Part shown: piece by piece, positions 8,622 through 17,727 of the stretch
Layout: every line of letters starts with the position of its first letter
Numbering within the stretch: position 1 is the stretch's first letter
NCBI GenBank assembly: GCA_047605145.1
Contig: JASGGF010000001.1
Coordinates: forward strand, 1 to 45,425
DNA: 45,425 bases
Origin: Thermomicrobiales bacterium
Lineage (GTDB): Bacteria > Chloroflexota > Chloroflexia > Thermomicrobiales > UBA6265
Direction of reading: 5' to 3'
Translations under genes and position numbers: made by a program
Notes under the pieces: generated by a model
The model's input: the letters and a program-made list of their open reading frames with translations, nothing else
Database searches by the model: none
Told to the model about the DNA's origin: nothing

Positions 8622-9833
8622 TCACCGTGGCGGATTGACCAGCGCCGCGCCGGGGGCGAGCGCGCAGATGTGGATCAGGCCCGGTTCGTCGGCTCGACCA
8701 CGGCGCGCGTAGAAGTCGCGGCGCAGCGCCTGTTCGATGGCCGGGGCATGGTCGCGCCGGAGCAGGATCAGCACGGCTCCGCCCTCGCCGCCTCCCATCA
8801 TGCGCGCGCCGAGCACGCCCGGCTGGCGGTTGGCGAGGGAGACGAGCTCCTCGACTTCCGGGTGGCTGATGTCATAGAGGGTCGCGGAGGAGTGCCCGGA
8901 GGCGGACATCAGCGCGCCGAACGCCGGCCAATCCTCGCGTTCAAGCGCCGCCCGGCCAGCGCGCACGCGAGCCGTTTCCTCGACGACGTGGCGGACGCGC
9001 TTCGCTAGCACGGCATCAATCGCACCGGTCGCGGCCAGCTCTTCCAGTTGCTCCGGCGAGATTGCGGCAAGGTGCGGGATATCGGGCGTCAATTGCGAAC
9101 GCGCGATGGCGAGCGCCTGCTTGCCCTCCTGCACCCGGGTGGGGTAGGAGGATGTGCCGATAGACCGCGTCACGCCGGAATCGGCGACCGCAAACGCGAA
9201 CTCGCCGAGCGATGGCGCCAGCGCCTCGGAGCTGAGCGACGCGCCGTCAAACTCGATGACCCCGCCCGCGATGGAGGCGGACTGGTCCATGGCCCCGCAG
9301 GGCGAGCCGGCGCGATGTTCCGCCGCCTGCGCGATTAGCACGACTTCGCGGTTGTCCAGCGGCCACTGCGCCAACGCGACGGTCAACGAGACGCAGAGGG
9401 CCGCCGACGAGCTGACGCCGAACCCCAGCGGCACGTTGCCGGCGATGGCGACCTCGCCGTCGCGGGAGACGGTGTGGCCGCGGCTCCAGAGTTCCTGGAT
9501 CACGCCGCGCAGGTAGTCGGTGGTTTCGGGAGGCGACGCGGGGGCGGCGCCGAGGTCGCCAACCGGGTCGGGTTCGCCGTCGTGTAAGTCCGCCGCCATC
9601 ATCCACCAACCGGCGGTCGTTGGCGCCGGCCCAACGGCGACGGCGACGAAGCGGTCGATGGCGGCGGCTAGCACAGGCCCACCGTTGTAATCGAGATGAT
9701 TTCCCAGCAGCTCGATGCGGCCGGGCGCCACCGCAATGCGGCTGGGCCGCCACCGGGGGTTGGCCTCGGAGCTGCCAGCCGCGAGGGCCCGTGCGATGCT
9801 CTCTTCCGCGCCAGTTGTCTCCGGGTCCGCCAT
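8622..9833 (-). CDS. GHMP-family sugar kinase, galactokinase-like
   Basis: Galactokinase signature GRIELLGNHLDYNGGPV and GHMP ATP motif PLGFGVSSSAAL. Confidence 0.8.
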   Translation of the reverse strand: MADPETTGAEESIARALAAGSSEANPRWRPSRIAVAPGRIELLGNHLDYNGGPVLAAAIDRFVAVAVGPAPTTAGWWMMAADLHDGEPDPVGDLGAAPASPPETTDYLRGVIQELWSRGHTVSRDGEVAIAGNVPLGFGVSSSAALCVSLTVALAQWPLDNREVVLIAQAAEHRAGSPCGAMDQSASIAGGVIEFDGASLSSEALAPSLGEFAFAVADSGVTRSIGTSSYPTRVQEGKQALAIARSQLTPDIPHLAAISPEQLEELAATGAIDAVLAKRVRHVVEETARVRAGRAALEREDWPAFGALMSASGHSSATLYDISHPEVEELVSLANRQPGVLGARMMGGGEGGAVLILLRRDHAPAIEQALRRDFYARRGRADEPGLIHICALAPGAALVNPPR

Positions 9834-9844
9834 CGGTGTCCTGC

Positions 9845-10551
9845 CTAGCGCCGCATGGGGATGACCTTGAACGCCTCGGCCATCTCGAAGGTTTGCCCTT
9901 CCGCGAGTTCGCGGGCGCGGTCTCGCATCCGCTCTTCCAGATCGGCGGAGGCGCCGACCTGCGATTCATGAGCGCGCAGCGCGTGCATTTTGCGGTCGAA
10001 GGTGTCAGTGATGTCGACCAGCTTGTCCGGGTGCTCGGCCCCGAAGTACCAGATTTCGGCGGTCTTGTGCGGCTCCAGTCCAGACTGAAAATGCTCCGGG
10101 AAGTACAACGGGTCGCGGGCGGTGGGATAGACCGAATCGGTCGAGGCGAGGCCGACGGCGCGGTGATCTGGATGGAGCGCGTAGGGGCGGTAGGGATCGT
10201 GGGTGATGAGCACGTCAGGCTTGTACGTGCGAATCATGCGCACGATCTTCTCGCGCAGGTCCAGATCCGGCATCAACGAGCCATCCTCGCAGCGCAGGAA
10301 GACGACTTCGTCCATGCCGAGGCGGTTGGCGGCTTCGGTCATCTCGCCCTCGCGGAGTTTGGCGAGGTCAGCGGAAACTGCATGCGGGTCAGGACTGCCC
10401 TTGTCGCCGGAGGTTACCTGAATCAGGATCACCTTGCGGCCGGCGTCCTTGAGGCGGGCGACGGTGCCGGCTGACGAGAACTCGCTGTCGTCTGGATGGG
10501 CGACCACCAGCATGTAGGTCTGAAACTCTTCGTTGAGATCGGTTGGCGTGG

Positions 10552-10555
<4 letters not shown>
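9845..10555 (-). CDS. PIG-L/LmbE family N-acetylglucosaminyl deacetylase
   Basis: AHPDDSE and HPDH zinc-ligand motifs. The ATG overlaps the hisS stop (ATGA). Confidence 0.85.
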
Positions 10556-11922
<1,367 letters not shown>

Positions 11923-12010
11923 GAACCGCGTGTCCTTTCTGCCGCCGAAAAACGGCGCGCCAAATGCTGCGCGATGCTAGCGCAGTCAGCGACTCGCGGC
12001 AATCGGGGGA

Positions 12011-12556
12011 CTAGCGGCTCTTCGAGATCTCGTACACAAGGTGGCCGAGTTCGGGCACGATTAGTTTCGACATGGCCAGCCGGACGGCGTTGGTGGAGCC
12101 GGGCATGGCGATGATGAGGGTGTCGCCGGCCACGCCGGCAACCGCGCGGGAGAGCATGGCTGCGGCGCCGATCTCCTCCCAACTCAGCATGCGGAAGAGT
12201 TCGCCGAAGCCGTCGATGCGTTTGTCGAGGAGACTGGCGATGGCGTCGTAGGTGGTGTCCCGGGCGGCAATGCCGGTGCCCCCATTGGTCAGGATGACCT
12301 GAATTTCCGGGTTAGCGATCCACTCCTGCGCCATGCGGCTGATCAGGTCCGGATCGTCCGGCACGATCTGGTAGTCGGCGATTTTGTGGCCGGTCAGCTT
12401 GAGCATATCGCGGATAACGCCGCCGGAGGTGTCCGTTTCGGTGGTGCGGCTATCGCTGACGGTGAGCACGGCGCAGAGCACCGAATCGGGGGCGGCGGCG
12501 CGGTGCGCCGCTGTACCGGCGGGGACGTGACTGCCGCTTGAACTGGTAAAACTCAT
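12011..12556 (-). CDS. moaB: molybdenum cofactor biosynthesis protein B (MoaB/MogA family)
   Basis: TNGGTGIAARDTTYDA and AMPGSTNAV motifs of MoCF_biosynth domain proteins. Confidence 0.85.
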   Translation of the reverse strand: MSFTSSSGSHVPAGTAAHRAAAPDSVLCAVLTVSDSRTTETDTSGGVIRDMLKLTGHKIADYQIVPDDPDLISRMAQEWIANPEIQVILTNGGTGIAARDTTYDAIASLLDKRIDGFGELFRMLSWEEIGAAAMLSRAVAGVAGDTLIIAMPGSTNAVRLAMSKLIVPELGHLVYEISKSR

Positions 12557-12634
12557 GACTTCCTCGCGGCGGGGTTGCGCAGGAGCGGCGCCATGGCGCC
12601 CCGCTCCTGCGCGTAGACAAATCGTTCCGAAGGT

Positions 12635-13315
12635 CTAGGTGGTGACTGGCGTGCCCTCGGCGGCCTCCGGCGTCGCGGCAGGCGCCGTCTCCGCAGCGGG
12701 CGTCGATGCGGCGGCGGCGGCCTTCTGCAGCTCGTCAAGCTTGACGGCCACATCGGCGGCAACGGTGTTGTCGTTGACGATCACGGTCACGGTGACGCCG
12801 CTACCGTTTTCCTTCAGCCACGCCGACCCGTTAAACCCGGAGCCATTCTGCTCAGCGAGACCGATGAACAGGTTGCCCTTGTCATCAGGGATGCCGCCGA
12901 TGTTGCCACAGGCGACGTAGACCGCAATGTCGCTGGCGTCGTGGACGTTGATGGCGTGCGGCGAGGCAAGGAGATCGGCGAGGCTAACGTCAACCTCGGT
13001 CGTGGCGACCGCCACGGGCACCGGCGCCTGACCGAACGCGGCGACATCCGGAATCGAACCGACTTCACCGCCGCTGCTCGCGCTCAGGTCACCGACCCAC
13101 GCCGGAAACTCGAGATTGGCCAGCACGTACTCCGGATTGGGGTTGATGTCCTGACAGGTCCCCTCGTGAATGTGGTTGGGGTTGCCGGGCGTTGCCGTCA
13201 TGTCGCCCATGTCGGCGGTGGGGGTCGCATCCTGCGCAAGGCCGCCGCTGGCGACGCCAAGCATGAGCGCCGATGCGACGGCCGCAGTGAGCATGAATTT
13301 CCCGGGAACACGCAT
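12635..13315 (-). CDS. secreted protein with HIHEG / VGDL / INVH / ACGNIGG motifs (Cu,Zn-SOD-like or CHRD-like beta-sandwich), function unknown
   Basis: Signal peptide MRVPGKFMLTAAVASALMLGVASGGLAQ. Motifs are described in the findings. There is an Ala/Pro/Thr-rich C-terminal tail. Track ORF trimmed to ATG 13315. Confidence 0.6.
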   Translation of the reverse strand: MRVPGKFMLTAAVASALMLGVASGGLAQDATPTADMGDMTATPGNPNHIHEGTCQDINPNPEYVLANLEFPAWVGDLSASSGGEVGSIPDVAAFGQAPVPVAVATTEVDVSLADLLASPHAINVHDASDIAVYVACGNIGGIPDDKGNLFIGLAEQNGSGFNGSAWLKENGSGVTVTVIVNDNTVAADVAVKLDELQKAAAAASTPAAETAPAATPEAAEGTPVTT

Positions 13316-13450
13316 GGTGCGACTCCTTTGCCTTGCAGTCTGCGCATGCTGACGCGTCATGGCGACGGGCAGTGGCCTCCTCAGCCCGAGACCTGCTGGC
13401 AGCATACAGGATTCGGGGCGGGGTGGCGCGCACGGCGCCACGAAGGCCGG

Positions 13451-13822
13451 CTAGCCGGTGACCGCGTTTTCGAGGTGGCTGACGCGGTCGACCCGCCCAG
13501 TTGTGTCAAGGGTGATCGCGATGATGTCGATGCGCCACATATGGTCGCTCAGCTCGGGGTGGGCAACGATGAAGCGTTGGGCGGCGCTGAGCAGGCGGCG
13601 CTGCTGGGCCGGGGTCACCGTCGCCTCCGGAGCCAACAGCCCGGTGTGGCGTAGCTTGACCTCAACGAAAACCAGTTCATCGCCGCGCAGCATGACCAGA
13701 TCGAGTTCACCCTCGCGGCAGCGCCATTGTTCCGCGAGGCAGACGTAGCCGCCGGCTTCCAGCAAGCGGCGGGCGTGCCCTTCCCCGGCGTCGCCGAGCT
13801 GCTGCCGGCTGGTGCGCGTCAT
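13451..13822 (-). CDS. yraN: YraN family (UPF0102) endonuclease-like protein
   Basis: GEGHARRLLEAGGY...ELDLVM...LVFVEVKLR matches the YraN pattern. ATG 13822 overlaps the rnhB stop (ATGA). Confidence 0.8.
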   Translation of the reverse strand: MTRTSRQQLGDAGEGHARRLLEAGGYVCLAEQWRCREGELDLVMLRGDELVFVEVKLRHTGLLAPEATVTPAQQRRLLSAAQRFIVAHPELSDHMWRIDIIAITLDTTGRVDRVSHLENAVTG

Positions 13823-14499
13823 GGCTTGGGGATCAGGCCGGCGACAGGGGAGAAGCAGCGGCGGTGGTGGGGGCCGGGCCCGTGCTCGCGCAGCCGGGCC
13901 TTGTGCAGGGGGGAGCAATAGCCTTTGTGCTGCTCGAAGCCGTAGCGAGCGTCGGCCTCGCCCAACGCGATCATCATGCGATCACGCGTCACCTTGGCGA
14001 CGATGGAGGCGGACGCAATGGAGAGCGAGAGCGCATCGCCATCGATGGGGCCAAGTTGGGGGAGGCCGAGATCGATGACGCAGGCGTCGATGACGAGCGC
14101 ATCGACGCGGTCCCCGAGCTGGAGAACGGCGCGCTCCATGGCGATGCGATTGGCGGCGCCGAGGCCCATCCCGTCCAGTTCGTCCACCGGCACGATGCCG
14201 ACGCCGATGCCAGTGGCCACCGCTTCGATGCAGGTGAGCATATTGACGCGCCGCTCGTGGGTTAGCAGCTTTGAGTCGCAGACGCCGGGCAGCAAGGTGG
14301 CGAGATCGCCCCGGCGCGCGGCGGGGAGCATGACGGCGGCGGCCACGAGCGGGCCAGCCATGGCGCCCCGGCCGACCTCGTCAACGCCAGCAACGCCGGA
14401 GAGGCCGCAATCCCAGAACGCCGCCTCCCACTCGGTGGTTGGCATAGTTTTGGGCGGGGCCGGGCTGGTTTGCTGTCTGGAGGACGCCTTGATTGCCAC
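13819..14499 (-). CDS. rnhB: ribonuclease HII
   Basis: GVDEVGRGAMAGPLVAAAV active-site motif. The start is uncertain: GTG 14499, or ATG 14445, which gives a more typical N-terminal length. Confidence 0.9.
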   Translation of the reverse strand: MAIKASSRQQTSPAPPKTMPTTEWEAAFWDCGLSGVAGVDEVGRGAMAGPLVAAAVMLPAARRGDLATLLPGVCDSKLLTHERRVNMLTCIEAVATGIGVGIVPVDELDGMGLGAANRIAMERAVLQLGDRVDALVIDACVIDLGLPQLGPIDGDALSLSIASASIVAKVTRDRMMIALGEADARYGFEQHKGYCSPLHKARLREHGPGPHHRRCFSPVAGLIPKP

Positions 14500-14538
14500 G
14501 CCCAGACACTACCACGAGCTCGCAACACGGCAACACAG

Positions 14539-14564
14539 AAGCGCCCGGTTTTCACCGGGCGCTT
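14539..14564 (-). terminator. hairpin downstream of rplS (possible terminator)
   Basis: 10-bp stem AAGCGCCCGG / CCGGGCGCTT with a 6-nt loop. On the minus strand it is followed by CTGTGTT, which is only a weak U-tract. Confidence 0.45.
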
Positions 14565-14590
14565 GATCAGGCGTTTGGCGAATCGCCGGA

Positions 14591-14944
14591 TTAGGTGCGG
14601 CGCTCCTTGATGCGGGCGGCCTTGCCGGTGAGCCCGCGCAGGTAGTAGAGGTTGGCGCGGCGGACGCGGCCGCGGCGGGTGACCTCGATCTTGTCGATGC
14701 GCGGGGAGTGGATGAGGAATGTGCGCTCCACGCCGATGCCGTGCGAAGCAAGGCGACGCACCGTGAAGTTCTCGTTGATGCCGCCGGCGCGACGCCGGAT
14801 CACGACACCCTCGAAGACCTGAATGCGCTCGCGCGTGCCTTCAACCACCTTGGCGTGCACCCGCACGGTGTCGCCGGGGCCAAAATCAGGCACATCGGCC
14901 TTGAACTGCTCTGCTTCAATATCCCGGACAATCTGGGCGACCAT
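14591..14944 (-). CDS. rplS: 50S ribosomal protein L19
   Basis: 117 aa. [23 protein letters not shown]...[10 protein letters not shown]...SPRIDKIEV is a typical L19 sequence. Confidence 0.95.
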   Translation of the reverse strand: MVAQIVRDIEAEQFKADVPDFGPGDTVRVHAKVVEGTRERIQVFEGVVIRRRAGGINENFTVRRLASHGIGVERTFLIHSPRIDKIEVTRRGRVRRANLYYLRGLTGKAARIKERRT

Positions 14945-15063
14945 TGAACTCCGTCTTTCTCTTCAGAATGCGGCGGGCTCATGGCAGTCGCGCCAGGCGC
15001 TCCAAACGGCCCGATTTCACACACGTGACAAAGCAAGCGCTCATCCTGTGAGCACAATGGCCG

Positions 15064-15092
15064 AGTGTAGCATGGAGCCCCTCTCGGGGCAA
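15064..15092 (-). promoter_or_regulatory. candidate sigma70-type promoter for rplS
   Basis: On the minus strand: TTGCCC (15092..15087), 17-nt spacer, TACACT (15069..15064), about 120 nt upstream of the rplS start. Confidence 0.35.
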
Positions 15093-15114
15093 CGGCTTTC
15101 GGCGTGCGGCGGCG

Positions 15115-16020
15115 CTACCCGCTGACGTTCGCGGGGGGCGTGGCGTGCCAGTCCGCCAGCGAGCGCGTGAGCACCGCCAGTGCGGATTCCAGTGAGCGTT
15201 GCCCGCGCTGGCCGGCGCCGGGGTTGAGGCTGGTCAACGTGGTGGCGGCGACTTTCCCGGTGGCGAGGACGGTCTTCATCGCCGTCGTCAACTCGTCGAT
15301 GGTGAGGCCGTTCGCGGCAGGCGTGGAGGCGCTGGGGATGAAGCGTGGATCGAGGACGTCCAGATCGACGTGCAGATAGAGCAAGGCGCTGCGGCGAGCC
15401 AGCCACGAAACGACATCAGAGAAGGAGCGTCCGTCGCGCAGTTCGGCGATGGGGATCACCCGCACATCGGTGCTGCGCAGGAGCTCGGCTTCCTTTTCGT
15501 CCAGATCGCGCGTGCCGGCCACGACCAACCGGTCAGTGGCGATGGGCGCGGCCAGCCCGGCGGCCTCGCGCCAGAGCGGGCCGGCCAACCCGGCGAGGAT
15601 CGCCAGCGGCATGCCGGCGAGGATGCCGCTGTAGGAGGTCTCCGGAGTGTTGAAATCGCCGTGGGCGTCCAGCCAGACGATGCCAATGGGCGCTGAGGCG
15701 CCTGCGGCAGCCTGCAGCCCGGCGACCACGCCGATGGCGGCGGTGTCATCGCCGGCGAGGACGAGGGCGCCATGCTCGGCGTGGCGCGCCTCGGCGACAA
15801 GCCGCGCGGTGTCGGCGCCGAGTTTGCCGATGTTGACGGCGGTGCGGCCCGATTCGCGGTCCGTCTCCGCGAGGGTCGCGGTGGCGCCGGATTGCGGCTC
15901 CAGCCCGGCGTCGCGCAGGCGGTTGACCAGCCCGGCGGCGAGCAATGCGTCAGGCCCGGCGCCAACGCCCTCGGCCCGCTGATCGTAGCGATACGGCACG
16001 CTGATCACGTCCACCAGCAT
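15115..16020 (-). CDS. arginase/agmatinase/formiminoglutamase (ureohydrolase) family protein, divergent
   Basis: WLDAHGDFNTP and HVDLDVLDP manganese-ligand motifs are present. The GGDHS motif reads AGDDT here. Confidence 0.8.
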   Translation of the reverse strand: MLVDVISVPYRYDQRAEGVGAGPDALLAAGLVNRLRDAGLEPQSGATATLAETDRESGRTAVNIGKLGADTARLVAEARHAEHGALVLAGDDTAAIGVVAGLQAAAGASAPIGIVWLDAHGDFNTPETSYSGILAGMPLAILAGLAGPLWREAAGLAAPIATDRLVVAGTRDLDEKEAELLRSTDVRVIPIAELRDGRSFSDVVSWLARRSALLYLHVDLDVLDPRFIPSASTPAANGLTIDELTTAMKTVLATGKVAATTLTSLNPGAGQRGQRSLESALAVLTRSLADWHATPPANVSG

Positions 16021-16161
16021 GGAAACCTCCGCAGCGGCGAAAGCCGGTCACAGTGCACAAAAACGTCGAACAGTGCTCTGGGTGGGGTATACCAGTTTTC
16101 GTGCAGCGCGTGCTAAACCCGCGTTGCAGTTCGCAGCGGTGAAAGGTGTAGCGGCCACGCG

Positions 16162-16689
16162 GTGACGTCGCGCAACGAGAACGGCTCAGCTCCCGGTGGG
16201 AGCCTGCCGCCGGACAATGACCCCGATCAGGAGGATCACTATTCCCTGCTTGGGGTGGCCTATCTGGCCACCAACGCCGAGATCATGCAGGCGTACCGGC
16301 GCACCATGTTGCGCGCGCACCCGGACCGGCAGGCGCCCGAGCGACGGGCGGCGGCGGAGGTGCTGGCCCGCCAGCTGAACGCCGCCTACGCCGTGCTGAG
16401 TGATCCCATCAAGCGTCAGGCCTATGACCGCACGATCAGGCAGCAGGTGGTGCAGGACCAGATCATGCGCCAGTACGTCGGCGGGTTCTACACCGGCGGC
16501 GCGTCCACCCCGCAACCGCCGCCAGCGGCGCCGCGCGAGCCAACCGCCGCCGAGCGCCGGGAGCGCATTGCGGCAGACCGCCGGTCGTGGTTGCTGCTGC
16601 TGGGATTCGCGACGCTGTTTGCCGTGCTGATCATCGCGGTGCTGGTGGTGAGCTCGCTCTTCGAGTCACTGCTGCACGTGTTCCAGTAG
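16162..16689 (+). CDS. J-domain (DnaJ-like) protein with C-terminal transmembrane anchor
   Basis: DHYSLLGV...AYRRTMLRAHPDR carries the HPD motif. A hydrophobic C-terminal segment WLLLLGFATLFAVLIIAVLVV follows. Confidence 0.75.
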   Translation: MTSRNENGSAPGGSLPPDNDPDQEDHYSLLGVAYLATNAEIMQAYRRTMLRAHPDRQAPERRAAAEVLARQLNAAYAVLSDPIKRQAYDRTIRQQVVQDQIMRQYVGGFYTGGASTPQPPPAAPREPTAAERRERIAADRRSWLLLLGFATLFAVLIIAVLVVSSLFESLLHVFQ

Positions 16690-16710
16690 CGCGGGCGGAA
16701 GGCGGGGCGC

Positions 16711-17133
16711 TCAGGCGCCGCGCAGGCGGGTGGGCGTCACCCGGATGGCCACGGAGAACATGGCCGCGTGCGAATCCGGCGTCATGTGGATGCGGACCAG
16801 CCCCTCAGCGTATTTGGAGACGAACGCGCCGTTCTGGTTCGATGCTGCCGCCGCCGGGTCTGCCGCCGCCTCGCCGCTGATGACGATGAACGCTTCGCCG
16901 TCCTCCGCCGAATCGAAGTTGAGGCTCACCCGGCTGTTGGCCGCGATATTGCGCAACTTTGGCGCGTCCGGCTGGCTGTACATCAGTAGCGAGGCGCCGT
17001 CCCACGTGAACCACATCGGGGTAGGTTGCGGGGCGCCATCTGGCGAGACGGTGGTGAGCCAGATGAGCTCGCGTTCGCTGAGCCACTGGCTGGCCCGCCG
17101 GCCAAGTTCGGTGTTTGCGTCGATGATCGGCAT
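16711..17133 (-). CDS. pyridoxamine 5'-phosphate oxidase-fold / F420-dependent-type protein (paralog A)
   Basis: 140 aa. IWLTTVSPDGAPQPTPMWFTWDG...KLRNI..NSRVSLNF is typical of the PPOX-class split-barrel family. Confidence 0.8.
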   Translation of the reverse strand: MPIIDANTELGRRASQWLSERELIWLTTVSPDGAPQPTPMWFTWDGASLLMYSQPDAPKLRNIAANSRVSLNFDSAEDGEAFIVISGEAAADPAAAASNQNGAFVSKYAEGLVRIHMTPDSHAAMFSVAIRVTPTRLRGA

Positions 17134-17152
17134 CTGGCGCCCCGCCTCCCAA

Positions 17153-17575
17153 TCAGAAGCCGCGCAGCTTGTCCGGGGTGACGCGGATGCCTACCGAGTA
17201 GGCGGCGGCGAAGCTTGCCGGAGTCATGCCGATGGACGCGATACCCGCGGTGTACTTCTCCACGAACGCGGCATGCTGGTCCGCCGGCGTTACATCAGGT
17301 TCGACTACGGCGTTCCCTGTGAACACGACGACGTCCCCGCCTTCGAACGAGCTGTTGAAGTTCAGGCTGACACGCGGGTTCCGCTCGATGTTGCGCAGTT
17401 TGGGCTTGTTTGGCTGGCTGTAGATCAGCGCGGACTCACCGTCCCAGTAGAACCAGACCGGGGAGGGCTGCGGGGTGTCGCCGGCCCCGGTGGTGGTCAG
17501 CCAGATCACGATCTCGTCCGCGAGGCGCTGGGCCACGCGGCTGCCAAACTCGGTGCTGGTGTCGATAACCGCCAT
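17153..17575 (-). CDS. pyridoxamine 5'-phosphate oxidase-fold / F420-dependent-type protein (paralog B)
   Basis: 140 aa, colinear with paralog A and roughly half identical by eye (IWLTTTGAGDTPQPSPVWFYWDG...KLRNI..NPRVSLNF). Confidence 0.8.
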   Translation of the reverse strand: MAVIDTSTEFGSRVAQRLADEIVIWLTTTGAGDTPQPSPVWFYWDGESALIYSQPNKPKLRNIERNPRVSLNFNSSFEGGDVVVFTGNAVVEPDVTPADQHAAFVEKYTAGIASIGMTPASFAAAYSVGIRVTPDKLRGF

Positions 17576-17673
17576 TGAACGATGCTCCTCATGTCGCGTT
17601 TCGCCGGGAGCGGCCGGCCGAAGATTCCCACAGTGCAGGTTGAACGCTGCCGCCCCAGCCGCCGTGATATCGG

Positions 17674-17702
17674 GCGGCGCCCGGAACGCATCCGGGCGCC
17701 GC
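17674..17702 (-). other. GC-rich hairpin downstream of the VIT-vWA gene
   Basis: 11-bp stem GCGGCGCCCGG / CCGGGCGCCGC with a 7-nt loop and no U-tract. Confidence 0.4.
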
Positions 17703-17727
17703 GTGCGTCGTTGCCAGTGATCGGCTG

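Noticed and set aside
8450-8638. 62-aa ORF in the convergent spacer
   Set aside because: It has no SD, is a low-complexity Arg/Ser-rich peptide, and overlaps the 3' end of the GHMP kinase gene. I treated it as non-coding spacer (see the repeat finding).
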